DNA from: Gemmatales bacterium
GTDB lineage: Bacteria > Planctomycetota > Planctomycetia > Gemmatales > Gemmataceae
Direction: 5' to 3'
DNA: 24,000 bases
Assembly (NCBI GenBank): GCA_038239195.1
Contig: JBBSEZ010000028.1
Coordinates: 1 to 24,000, forward strand
In this document: positions 1-8,032 of the stretch, in pieces
Numbering within the stretch: the first letter of the stretch is position 1
How the letters are laid out: every line of letters starts with the position of its first letter
The notes under the pieces: generated by a model
Database searches by the model: none
The model's input: only the letters and a program-made list of their open reading frames with translations
Told to the model about the DNA's origin: nothing
Program-made: the position numbers and the translations under genes

Positions 1-1378
1 CCCCAGGAGGTGGGGGCACCTGCTCGGCAGGCGGCGCGGGCGGATTGACCGGGAAGGCCGGCTGGAACGGATCGACCGCGGGGGGCGGCGGGATGGGCGG
101 GAGCGCCGGGACGGCCGGGGCCGGCGGCACGATGACGGGCGGCGGCACCGGCGCGCCGGGCGGTGCCCCGATGGCGGGCACCGAGGGCGGGGCCTTCGGC
201 AGCGGCAGCATCAAGATCACCGTCCCGTCCTTGACGAGCCGCAGGTGCAGCGAATCGACCGGCTTGCCGTCGGGCGAGACCAGCACCGGCACCTCCTTGG
301 CCAGCAGGCGGGCCAGCTTCTTGGCGGCGATCTCGTGGCCGCGCGTGTCGTGGGCCTTGACCTCCCCGACGGGGTATTTCTGCGTCAGCAGCCGGTTCGC
401 CACGCGGTACCTCGTCACGGCGCCCCCGTCGGGCCCGACGTCGTTCACTGGTTCGTAATAGACGACCTGCCGGCGAACGAGCAGCCGGTCCTTCTCGTAC
501 CGGGCGAGCACCTGGTAGGGCGCGGGGCTCGTCGGCAACTGGCCCTCCGCCGGTTTCGCGGCGGGGGCCTTCCCCTTGGGCGGCGCCGGGGGAAGCGCCC
601 CCTGCGGGACGGGCGCCGGGCGCGCCGCCCCCAGGCCAAGCCCCAGCACCACCAGTCCCGCGAGCACCAGGCTCACCCGTTTCAGCTTCGCCAGCCACAT
701 CATCTGCGTTACTCCTTTCACCAGAGCCAGCACCCGCGCCGGTCCGCAGACCTGGAGCGCGCGCACCGTCTCGCTCACCAGCAAGCTCGGCAGCGCCGCG
801 GGCGCCGCCGCCCACTCGCGCCCACCAAGCCGTTGCCGCAGCAGCGCGCGGGCGCGCGCCAGCCGGGCCGACAGCGTTCCCTCCGGCCAGCCCAGCAACG
901 CGGCCGCCTCGTGGCGCGACCGGCCTTCGAGCTCGCACAACACCACGGCGGCGCGATACTTCTCCGGCAAGCGCCCCACCTCCCGGTCCAGCAGCGCTGG
1001 CAGGTCGTCGGGCTCGCCCTCCACCCGGGCCTCGGGGCGGGCGGCGCGAGCCTCGCGGGCGCGCCGCCGGGCCGCGGCGCGCTGCGCCTCCAGCGCCGTG
1101 CGGCGGGCCACGCCGTGCAGCCAGTTGCCGACGAGGGCGCGCGGCCGAACCGACGACGCCTTGCTGGCCAGGACGAGGAACGTCGCCTGAAAGGCGTCCT
1201 CGGCGTCTTGCTCCTGGCGCAAGATCCGCCGGCACGTGCCCAGGACCATCGGCCCGTGGCGGCGAACCAGCGCCTCGAAGGCCCACCCCGCGCGGTCTGC
1301 GAGGAACTGGTCGAGCAACTGCTCGTCCGCCAGCGCCGCCGCGTCGCGCATCCTCAGGAGTTGCGACAGGTGCCGCAT
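1..1378 (-). CDS. ECF (sigma-70 family) sigma factor fused to a TM helix and a Pro/Ala-rich C-terminal extension; the 3' end runs off the window
   Basis: This ORF is absent from the supplied track because it is open to the window edge. My minus-strand translation starts at the ATG at 1378. It reads MRHLSQLLRMRDAAALADEQLLDQFL..HGPMVLGTCRRILRQEQDAEDAFQATFLVLASKA (sigma region 2), then LPEKYRAAVVLCELEGRSRHEAAALLGWPEGTLSARLARARALLRQRL (region 4 HTH). A TM helix follows (MMWLAKLKRVSLVLAGLVVLGLGLG), then a P/A-rich tail. I checked plus-strand triplets in this frame (starting at 2,5,8..) from 2 to 721 and found no TTA/CTA/TCA. Confidence 0.85.
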   Translation of the reverse strand, partial: MRHLSQLLRMRDAAALADEQLLDQFLADRAGWAFEALVRRHGPMVLGTCRRILRQEQDAEDAFQATFLVLASKASSVRPRALVGNWLHGVARRTALEAQRAAARRRAREARAARPEARVEGEPDDLPALLDREVGRLPEKYRAAVVLCELEGRSRHEAAALLGWPEGTLSARLARARALLRQRLGGREWAAAPAALPSLLVSETVRALQVCGPARVLALVKGVTQMMWLAKLKRVSLVLAGLVVLGLGLGAARPAPVPQGALPPAPPKGKAPAAKPAEGQLPTSPAPYQVLARYEKDRLLVRRQVVYYEPVNDVGPDGGAVTRYRVANRLLTQKYPVGEVKAHDTRGHEIAAKKLARLLAKEVPVLVSPDGKPVDSLHLRLVKDGTVILMLPLPKAPPSVPAIGAPPGAPVPPPVIVPPAPAVPALPPIPPPPAVDPFQPAFPVNPPAPPAEQVPPPPG

Positions 1379-1685
1379 TGTCGAGCTCAGCGGGCAGGTT
1401 TCCATCCCTTGTTGCTCCCCGGGTGCGTCGGGCCTTCCTCTTCTCTTGGTCGCCGAGGGCCGATTTCGTTCAACGATTTTCGGAGGGCCCTGTATGCCTC
1501 CTCGGTGATGAGACCGCGCAGTCCTCGCAGCCTCCCATCTCTGGCCCCCATCTTTCCCGCATCCAAGCGTAAGCGCTCCTCACTCGCCTGTCCAGCGCGG
1601 CGCCCGGGCCATCGAGCGGTCGGTCGCGCTTGCGTCTCCTCGCGCCTCTTGCCATCATGAGCGAAACAAGCAGGAGGGCCGGCTC

Positions 1686-2273
1686 ATGTCCACAGTCCAA
1701 CGGCAGCGCGGGGCGCGGGCGTGGCGCTGGAGCAAGAGCGAATACTACCGGCTGGGCGAGCTCGGCTTCTTTCGGGGCCAGCGCGTCGAGTTGATCGAGG
1801 GACGGCTCATGGTACGCTCTCCGCAAGGCCCCCTGCATGGCGGCACGATCAATCACGTGGGAGACGTTCTCCGCGCCCTCTTCGGCCCCGGGTATCGCGT
1901 GCGAGAACAGCTACCTCTGGACCTCGGGCAAACCACCGAGCCCGAGCCGGACTTCGCCATCGTGGCGGGCACCGTTCAGCAATTCCTCGCCGCGCACCCG
2001 ACCAATGCCGCCCTCGTCGTCGAGGTGAGCGACACCACCCTCTCCTACGACCGCAATCGCAAGGGCAGCCTCTACGCCCGCGCCGGCATCCTCGACTACT
2101 GGATCATCAACGTCGTCGCTCGCCAGGTCGAAGTCTACCGAGGCCCCGTGCCCGACCCAAACGAGCCGTATGGCCATCGCTACTCCAGCCGGACCGACCT
2201 GGTGCCGCCCGCCACCGTCAGCCCGCTGGCCCTGCCAAACAGCTCCGTCCCGGTCGCAAGCCTGTTTCCGTGA
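1686..2273 (+). CDS. Uma2-family (DUF820) putative endonuclease
   Basis: 195-aa ORF. It carries the family-typical layout EPDFAIV ... ALVVEVSDTTLSYDRNRKGSLYARAGILDYWIINV (PD-(D/E)xK-like core followed by G-I-x-(E/D)-Y-W-I-I/V). Codon usage matches the high-GC host. Confidence 0.85.
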   Translation: MSTVQRQRGARAWRWSKSEYYRLGELGFFRGQRVELIEGRLMVRSPQGPLHGGTINHVGDVLRALFGPGYRVREQLPLDLGQTTEPEPDFAIVAGTVQQFLAAHPTNAALVVEVSDTTLSYDRNRKGSLYARAGILDYWIINVVARQVEVYRGPVPDPNEPYGHRYSSRTDLVPPATVSPLALPNSSVPVASLFP

Positions 2274-2298
2274 GGCGAGCGGCAGGAGTTGGTTTGCT

Positions 2299-2348
2299 GT
2301 AGGACGGCTCTCCCGAGCCGTCCGGACGGCTCAGGAGGGCCGTCCTAC
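2299..2348. repeat. REP-like GC-rich double hairpin between the Uma2 stop and the permease start; possible terminator
   Basis: The sequence is gtaggacggctc-tccc-gagccgtcc-ggacggctc-aggag-ggccgtcctac. Hairpin 1 pairs 2302-2310 with 2315-2323 (9 bp, 4-nt loop). Hairpin 2 pairs 2324-2330 with 2340-2346. Alternatively, the outer arms 2299-2308 and 2339-2348 pair (10 bp). Confidence 0.6.
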
Positions 2349-2403
2349 AAGGAGGCCTGTTTCCTGCCGGTCACCGTGAGCAGAAACAACGCCCGGGTTT
2401 CTC

Positions 2404-3855
2404 TTGCCCTGGCGCCCGCGCCGCCCCATGATGGCCCTCTGGCTGCGTCCCCTGTCCCGGAGGCCCGTCATGATTCAGGTCGCGGTGAGCCTCGGCCTGT
2501 TGCTCCTACTCGGCGCCGTGGCGCTCGTGCCCTTCGCGCTCGCGCTCCTCGCCGCCGAGGCCGCGCTGGCGCGCTTCTCCCCCTACCCCGTCTCCCTGCT
2601 GCTCCTGCTGGTCCGCTCGCTGCGGCGCAACCGCACGCGCACCTACCTCACCTTCGTCGCCACCTTCGTCCTCGTCTTCGTCGTCGCCGGCATCTGGTCG
2701 GTCCTCTACTTCCTCGATCAACTCCTCTCCGACAAGGCCCGGTCGCCTCGCGTGGTCGTCTCGGAGAAGTGGCAGCTCACCAGCCAGATGCCCTTCAGCT
2801 ACGCCTCCAGCCTCGGCGACGGGGCGGCCCGCCGGCCCGGCGACGTTCGGCCCACCGACTCCATGACCTGGCAGATCTACCTCGGCACCACCGACCCGAG
2901 CAATCCCTCCCCCGACAACACCGTCCCCTGCATCGCCATGGAGCCGCGCAAGGTGCTCACCATGCTCGAAGACATCTTCGACGAGCTGGCCACCGACGGG
3001 GGGGCCCACCGCGGGAGCTCGAAGGCGCAGAAGCGCCAGCAGCTCGAGGAGGGAGTGCGCAAGCTCGAGGCCAACCGGCGCGGCGTTATCCTCGGCACGC
3101 GCCGCCTGGCTGCGCTCAACAAGCGCGTCGGAGAGCGCATCAATCTCACCGGCCTGCAGTATCGCGGCATCGACCTCGAGCTGGAGATCGTCGGCACCTT
3201 TCCCACCGGCCGCTACAGCGACCTCGGCGTGATCCACCGCGACTACGTCAACCACGCCTTCGACGATTTCGGGCGCAAGAACGGCGGGCGACACCCGATG
3301 GCCGCCCGCACCTTGACAATGGTCTGGCTCCAGATGCCCGATCAGGATGCCTGCGCCCGCGTGGCCGAGCAGATCCAGGCGTCGGGCCTCTATCAAGACC
3401 CACCGGTCAAGTGCCAGACGCTCTCCGCCGAGGTCTCCGCGGCCCTCGACGCCTACGCCGACCTCATCTGGGGGTTGCGCTGGCTGCTGTCCCCGGCCGT
3501 CCTCGTCATCATGACCCTGGTGATGGCCAACGCCATCGGCATCGGCGTCCGCGAGCGCGCCCAGGAGATTGCCCTGCTCAAGGTGCTCGGCTACCGGCCC
3601 CTTCACGTCCTCGTGCTCATTCTCGGCGAGCCGATGCTCATCGGCTCGCTGGCGGGGCTGCTCGGCGCCGTCTTCAGCCGCGTGGTGGTCAACGACGTGC
3701 TCAATCGATGGGGGGACAGCCCGATCGACGTGCCGATCCACGCTCTGTGGTGGTGCCCCGCCACGGGCGCGCTCACGTCCCTGGCCGGGAGCCTGTTCCC
3801 GGCCCTGTCGGCCTGCCGCATCAAGGTCGCGCAGGTCTTCGCCCGCGCCGTTTGA
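2404..3855 (+). CDS. ABC transporter permease, FtsX/MacB-like (start uncertain: TTG 2404, ATG 2428/2431 or ATG 2470)
   Basis: N-terminal TM with the RSLRRNRTRTYLTFVATFVLVFVV motif, a ~230-aa extracytoplasmic domain, then a C-terminal FtsX-type 3-TM domain (IALLKVLGYRPLHVLVLILGEPMLIGSLAGLLGAVF). Confidence 0.8.
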   Translation: MPWRPRRPMMALWLRPLSRRPVMIQVAVSLGLLLLLGAVALVPFALALLAAEAALARFSPYPVSLLLLLVRSLRRNRTRTYLTFVATFVLVFVVAGIWSVLYFLDQLLSDKARSPRVVVSEKWQLTSQMPFSYASSLGDGAARRPGDVRPTDSMTWQIYLGTTDPSNPSPDNTVPCIAMEPRKVLTMLEDIFDELATDGGAHRGSSKAQKRQQLEEGVRKLEANRRGVILGTRRLAALNKRVGERINLTGLQYRGIDLELEIVGTFPTGRYSDLGVIHRDYVNHAFDDFGRKNGGRHPMAARTLTMVWLQMPDQDACARVAEQIQASGLYQDPPVKCQTLSAEVSAALDAYADLIWGLRWLLSPAVLVIMTLVMANAIGIGVRERAQEIALLKVLGYRPLHVLVLILGEPMLIGSLAGLLGAVFSRVVVNDVLNRWGDSPIDVPIHALWWCPATGALTSLAGSLFPALSACRIKVAQVFARAV

Positions 3856-3858
3856 AGA

Positions 3859-5184
3859 TTGGCCCGGAGAGCGTTCATGCCTGGTCGGACGGAAACGTGG
3901 TCGGTCCTCGCGGCGCTGGCCGGCGCCTTGCTGGCGCTGGCTGTCCTCGCCCGCGTGGGCCGGGTGCCGTTGCTCTACAACCTCCGCAACCTCCTCATCC
4001 GCTGGCGGACCTCGCTCTCCACCACGCTGGCCTTCACCCTCGTCATCGCCCTGCTCATCGCCATGCTGGCCTTCGTCCGTGGCTTCCTGCGCATGACCGA
4101 GGGCAGCGGCCATCCCGCCAACGTCATGGTCCTCTCGCGCGGGGCCACCGACGAACTGGTCAGCTCGATCACCGCCCAGGAGGCGGGGGCGGACGTGGCC
4201 CTACAGCCTGGCGTCCTGCGCGACGCCCGCGGCCGGCCGTTGTGCAGTCGCGAGGTCTACGTCGTGGTCAATCAACTCCTGCCAGGGACGGAGCCGGGCA
4301 AGACCAAACGCCGGATCGTGCAGGTCCGCGGCCTCGCCGACCCCGACCTCGCCGCCGCGGTGCGCGACCTGGGGCCCCTGGCTGCCGGGGAGTGGTTCTC
4401 GACCGCGGGCGTTCGCGCGTTGCCTTCGGGCGGGGGCGGCCCCTCGGGGTACGCCATCGAGACGGTGATCGGCCAGGGGATCGCCCGGCAGTGGCACCTG
4501 GGCGTCGGCGACGTGGTCGAGGTCGGGCCGCGCTCGTGGCTCGTCGTGGGCATTCTGCCGGCGGGCGGTACGACCTACGACTCCGAGCTGTGGGCCAGGC
4601 ACCAACAGGTGGGGCAGGCCTTCGGCAAGGAGCACTCCTTCACGTCACTCCTGCTCCGCACCAAGAACGCCGACGCGGCCCGCGCCGTCAGCGAAGACCT
4701 CAACCTCAACTTCAAGAAGGCCTCCCTCCACTTCCTGCCGGAGACGGAATACTACGCGCGCCTCGCGGCCACCAGCCAGGGGTTCCTGACGGCGGCGTAC
4801 GTGCTGGCCGCCATCCTCGCCGTCGGCGGGGTGCTGGGCGTGATGAACACGATGTACGCCGCGGTGGCCGAACGGCGCAAGGACGTCGCGGTGCTGCGCG
4901 TGATCGGCTTCGCGCGCTGGCAGGTGCTGCTCTCCTTCCTGATCGAGTCGCTGCTGCTCTCCCTGATCGGCGGCGGGTTGGGCTGCGCGCTGGGCGGGCT
5001 GGCGCACGGTTGGTCGGCGAGCAGCCTGATCGGCAACCGCAACATGGTGTTCACGCTGCGCGTGGACGCCGAGACGCTGGCCGTCGCCATCCTCTTCACG
5101 TTGGGCATGGGGGCGCTGGGCGGGCTGCTGCCGGCCCTGTCCACGCTGCGCGTGCGGCCGCTGGAGGCGCTGCGGGCGGGGTAG
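3859..5184 (+). CDS. ABC transporter permease, FtsX/MacB-like (the likely true start is ATG 3877)
   Basis: NLRNLLIRWRTSLSTTLAFTLVIALLIAMLAFV forms the N-terminal TM. The C-terminal FtsX domain is VAVLRVIGFARWQVLLSFLIESLLLSLIGGGLGCALG. The ORF begins 4-22 nt after the upstream permease stop. Confidence 0.8.
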   Translation: MARRAFMPGRTETWSVLAALAGALLALAVLARVGRVPLLYNLRNLLIRWRTSLSTTLAFTLVIALLIAMLAFVRGFLRMTEGSGHPANVMVLSRGATDELVSSITAQEAGADVALQPGVLRDARGRPLCSREVYVVVNQLLPGTEPGKTKRRIVQVRGLADPDLAAAVRDLGPLAAGEWFSTAGVRALPSGGGGPSGYAIETVIGQGIARQWHLGVGDVVEVGPRSWLVVGILPAGGTTYDSELWARHQQVGQAFGKEHSFTSLLLRTKNADAARAVSEDLNLNFKKASLHFLPETEYYARLAATSQGFLTAAYVLAAILAVGGVLGVMNTMYAAVAERRKDVAVLRVIGFARWQVLLSFLIESLLLSLIGGGLGCALGGLAHGWSASSLIGNRNMVFTLRVDAETLAVAILFTLGMGALGGLLPALSTLRVRPLEALRAG

Positions 5185-5268
5185 ACGAGCGAGGCAGTCT
5201 GCGGGTTGGGCCGGCGCAATCCGGCCTGGCGACCGAGCGTTGCGCTCCCCATCCACTTTCTCTTGCGA

Positions 5269-5313
5269 AAAACCTTGCCGCCCCGCTGGCCATCGGCTTG
5301 TCCTTCCCGAGAA
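5269..5313. repeat. Interspersed 45-nt repeat, copy 1 (copy 2 at 12465-12509)
   Basis: aaaaccttgccgccccgctggccatcggcttgtcCttcccgagaa matches 12465-12509 with one mismatch (C/A at 5303 vs 12499). Weaker similarity extends ~15 nt upstream (ctttc..ttg). Both copies are intergenic. Confidence 0.75.
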
Positions 5314-5348
5314 CGACCAATCTAAGCGGCGTTGGGGGCCTTGGAAGC

Positions 5349-5843
5349 CTACGACTCGAGCGAAGCGTGATGGCCCCCAACGTCCGCCGAAGCGGCTTGT
5401 TCGCCGTGTTGCCCTACGTCCCTGGCGAGCCAGCCTTCTAGCACCGCCCGCACGCGCCGCAGTTCACCGTCCGGCGCCCCGTCCCAGGCCGCGATGGGCA
5501 CCCACCGGGCTCGCTGATCTGGCCGTACCCACCCGGCGTCGTCATCGACCAGCAGGACCTCCGACGGGGCCGCGCCGGGCACGAAGTGGAGGTCTTTGTG
5601 CTCGCCGCACCACGCAACGTACTCCAGGCGGCCCAGCATCTCCCGGGGCAGATAGCCGCGGCGCTCCAGTTCGCCCATGACGTCTCGGGCGTCCACCTCC
5701 TCGACAGTGGTGAACATGGCCACCCGGCCGAATCGTTCGTGGCAGAACGCCAGAAAGTCGAGCAGGCCCGGGCGCGGACGGCCGCTCAAAGCGTCGTCGA
5801 TCAGCGTGCGCTCCAGGTCGAGCGCCAGGACTTTGATGCTCAC
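5349..5843 (-). CDS. NIF/FCP1-like HAD-superfamily phosphatase (start uncertain; GTG 5843 is preferred over ATG 6002)
   Basis: VSIKVLALDLERTLIDDALSGRPRPGLLDFLAFCHERFGRVAMFTTVEE...EVLLVDDD...WVPIAAW matches the FCP1/NIF layout: motif I DLDxT-like, RPG, a small hydrophobic-T/S, then DD. The 53 residues upstream of V54 are Cys/Arg-rich and derive from a DNA direct repeat. Confidence 0.65.
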   Translation of the reverse strand: MSIKVLALDLERTLIDDALSGRPRPGLLDFLAFCHERFGRVAMFTTVEEVDARDVMGELERRGYLPREMLGRLEYVAWCGEHKDLHFVPGAAPSEVLLVDDDAGWVRPDQRARWVPIAAWDGAPDGELRRVRAVLEGWLARDVGQHGEQAASADVGGHHASLES

Positions 5844-6154
5844 CCCTTGGACGCCCGCCTTCTGCGAACTGGTGAATAGCCCACCCGGCGCCGGCTCAAG
5901 ATCACCGCGCCGGCACGTGATGAGGGCCGCGCCCACACAACAGCACCGGCCCAGCACGACGTCACCGCGCCGGCACGACGCCACGCCACAACATCCAACC
6001 ACCCCGCCACTTCCCTGTCGAGTGGTTGCCCTTTATCCTATCACTCTGCGGTTGATCCTCTTCTGGCCGGAGGGGGGACGGGCGACGTCCGCGAAACGTC
6101 CGTAGGGGCCCTGTGGGTGTTGCCTCTGGGGCCCACTTCCGCTCCCTTCTCTTC

Positions 6155-6559
6155 TCATGGCGCCTCCCAATCTTCGAGCAGCAACGCCGGCACGCGGGAG
6201 AACTCGGCCTGGTTGTGCGTTACCAGCGTGCAACCGTTGGTCAGGGCGATGGCGGCGATTTGCAGATCATAGGGGCCAATCGGGGTGCCGAGCAATTCCA
6301 GGTGCCTGCGGATAGTCACGAAGGAATCGACTGCGGCGTCATCGAACGGGAGGCTCGGATAGGGGGCGACCAGGGCATTGACCGCCGCCCGATTGGCAGC
6401 CGGTTTCGCACTGCGGACGCAACCATACCGCAGTTCGGCCACGACAACCGAACAGACGCGCAGGTCGGCGGTCGGGACGGCGCGGAACCGTGCCGCGACT
6501 TGCGGTTTGGTTCCGCGGAGCAACACCACCCAGACGTTGGAGTCGAGGAGGTAAGTCAT
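6155..6559 (-). CDS. vapC: PIN-domain toxin VapC (type II TA)
   Basis: MTYLLDSNVWVVLL...SVVVAELRYG...DLQIAAIALTNGCTLVTHNQAEF carries the conserved acidic residues (D6, E42, D98) in the classic PIN arrangement. Its ATG overlaps the upstream stop (ATGA). Confidence 0.9.
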   Translation of the reverse strand: MTYLLDSNVWVVLLRGTKPQVAARFRAVPTADLRVCSVVVAELRYGCVRSAKPAANRAAVNALVAPYPSLPFDDAAVDSFVTIRRHLELLGTPIGPYDLQIAAIALTNGCTLVTHNQAEFSRVPALLLEDWEAP

Positions 6560-6819
6560 TCCACCTCCACGGGGGGCGGCAGAGGTGGTTGCGCGTGGAC
6601 GATGAAGGTTTCGTCGTCGATGGAGCCGAGCAGGTCAAAATAGCCCGGCGGCAGCCGAGGGGCATCGGCCGGCGACTTCGGCTGGACGATCACCACGACG
6701 TCGAACTCCGTGTCCGGCAGGCCGAGCGGAATGCGCAGGGACAAGGTGCCGTCGCGGCCGGTGCGTTCGCGGGTTTGAATCGTGTGCATGGGCTCTTCTC
6801 GTCGGGCTCGGGGCTTCAT
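6556..6819 (-). CDS. vapB: VapB-like antitoxin partner of VapC (alternative start ATG 6789, MHTIQT..)
   Basis: A small ORF with a 4-nt ATGA overlap onto vapC. The N-terminal beta-rich segment GRDGTLSLRIPLGLPDTEFDVVVIV looks AbrB/SpoVT-like. The assignment rests mainly on position and size. Confidence 0.7.
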   Translation of the reverse strand: MKPRARREEPMHTIQTRERTGRDGTLSLRIPLGLPDTEFDVVVIVQPKSPADAPRLPPGYFDLLGSIDDETFIVHAQPPLPPPVEVE

Positions 6820-7003
6820 CCGATCCCGCGACTCCTTGGAGCGGTTTCAGCACGTCCTTCGACACCGCCGGGCTCGAACGACCCAGCTCAGCAGCCGGCT
6901 CGCGGGAGAGACCGTTGAAGTCTGAGAAACCGCCTATCGCGTGAGCGGTCTGCTGAAGCACCTGGTTCGGCAATAGTCCATCGTACCCCTTGGTCTCCGC
7001 TGA

Positions 7004-8032
7004 TCATTGGACATCGCTGGAAGATCGAACCAGCCGTTCAGCCTCTTCAATTTCCGCGAATGCCTGATTGACCTCGTCGTCTGTCAACTCTGTCCTCTTA
7101 CCCCAACCCATAGCTGCCCAAGCGTCGTGAGCTTCGTTAAAGCCTCTACTGATTTGTGCGAATACTTCCTGCCTTGTATTCGTGACATAGTCTACAGGCC
7201 CCCCTAACGGGGAAGCATTTGCGATCACCGAGCGTAGCGTTGCCCGAGGGTAGCTGCGCTCAGTGCCGACGCCAGCCTGATCTTCAACCGCTTCTACTAG
7301 ATGATACCACGTCGCGATGGAAAAACCCCACAATCGATAGCCGTCTGTCTTGAGCCTGGGAAACTGCGTACCCTGCACGCGGCTTGCGAGTGACTCGAAC
7401 AGGAGAGCAAACCCGGTAGCCTTGGCGTCCGCAATATGCTCAAACGCACGCCGTATTCTCTTCGGGACGGTGAAAGAAGTCTTTAAATAGTCGCAGTGAC
7501 CTTCGAATATGTGGCAAACCTCATGGAGGTACATGAACTGCAAGCTCCGATGGATCAGCAGTTTCAGTACAGATGTCCTCTCCGCATCTCCCAACGGCGG
7601 CTGGTTCTCATCTCCCTCTTTGAGCGCCTTAACCCCCTCTGCAAAAGTGATCGGCCCAAACAGCATGAGGGCAGGTTTGCCGAAATAATCTTGCGGAGCT
7701 TCGCCAATGTCCGGGAGCACCTCCGGATTAGACAGCATCCTCTGAAACGTGTCCCAAAGTTGGATTGGTGCGCCGCCGTCCATGGCGATAGCATACGAAC
7801 CTAGGCTCGTTCGCTTTGCCTCGGAGTAAAGCTCAAAATCTGCCGTCATGCCATAGATACTTTGAGCTAACTTTGGTGGTGGATCCCACACTGGTGTTCC
7901 CAAAATTAAACTCTCAGCGAACTCCTGCACTTGCTGTAGGAAGGTGCGAAAGGGCTCGGGAACACTTGCTAATTCAAGCCAATTATTCTCCCAGGGCCAT
8001 CCCGGAGGCTGCTTTGCATTAGTGCTCATCAT
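7004..8032 (-). CDS. HExxH protein, putative zinc metallopeptidase (gluzincin-like); family not recognised
   Basis: The ORF-track entry 7004..8131 is trimmed to the ATG-ATG at 8032/8029 (MMSTNAKQ..). The motif is LIHRSLQFMYLHEVCHIFEGH, followed ~25 aa later by AFEHIADAKATGF, a candidate third-ligand Glu in an E-x-x-A-D context. G+C is about half by eye, far below the flanks. The start lies inside the 3' end of the upstream gene. Confidence 0.7.
   Translation of the reverse strand: MMSTNAKQPPGWPWENNWLELASVPEPFRTFLQQVQEFAESLILGTPVWDPPPKLAQSIYGMTADFELYSEAKRTSLGSYAIAMDGGAPIQLWDTFQRMLSNPEVLPDIGEAPQDYFGKPALMLFGPITFAEGVKALKEGDENQPPLGDAERTSVLKLLIHRSLQFMYLHEVCHIFEGHCDYLKTSFTVPKRIRRAFEHIADAKATGFALLFESLASRVQGTQFPRLKTDGYRLWGFSIATWYHLVEAVEDQAGVGTERSYPRATLRSVIANASPLGGPVDYVTNTRQEVFAQISRGFNEAHDAWAAMGWGKRTELTDDEVNQAFAEIEEAERLVRSSSDVQ

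Noticed and set aside
245-1660. 471-aa plus-strand ORF (also 576..1190 and 45..458) covering the left end
   Set aside because: The translations are extremely Arg/Pro/Gln-rich with no domain logic. They lie antisense to a clean ECF sigma factor reading frame. This is the typical alternative-frame artefact of high-GC DNA.
1470-1856. 128-aa minus-strand ORF in the sigma/Uma2 divergent region
   Set aside because: It overlaps the 5' end of the well-supported Uma2 gene in antisense. It has an Arg/Ala/Pro-rich composition and no motif.
2289-5441. 1050-aa plus-strand ORF spanning both permease genes; also 2506..4113(-) and 4645..5256(-)
   Set aside because: These are Arg/Pro/Gly-rich off-frame or antisense readings of the two FtsX-type permease genes. 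The permease frames give coherent TM and domain structure.
6103-6133. ggggccc..ggggccc pair downstream of vapC as a terminator
   Set aside because: Only a ~6-bp stem is possible, based on the self-complementary gggccc. There is no U-tract. This is too weak to call.
6820-6973. 5' part of minus-strand ORF 6635..6973 (..FNGLSREPAAELGRSSPAVSKDVLKPLQ..), which faintly resembles a sigma-70 region-4/LuxR-type HTH
   Set aside because: It has a TTG start and no SD. It overlaps vapB out of frame, and the key HTH positions are degenerate. It could be a relic of a regulator gene, but the evidence is too thin to annotate.
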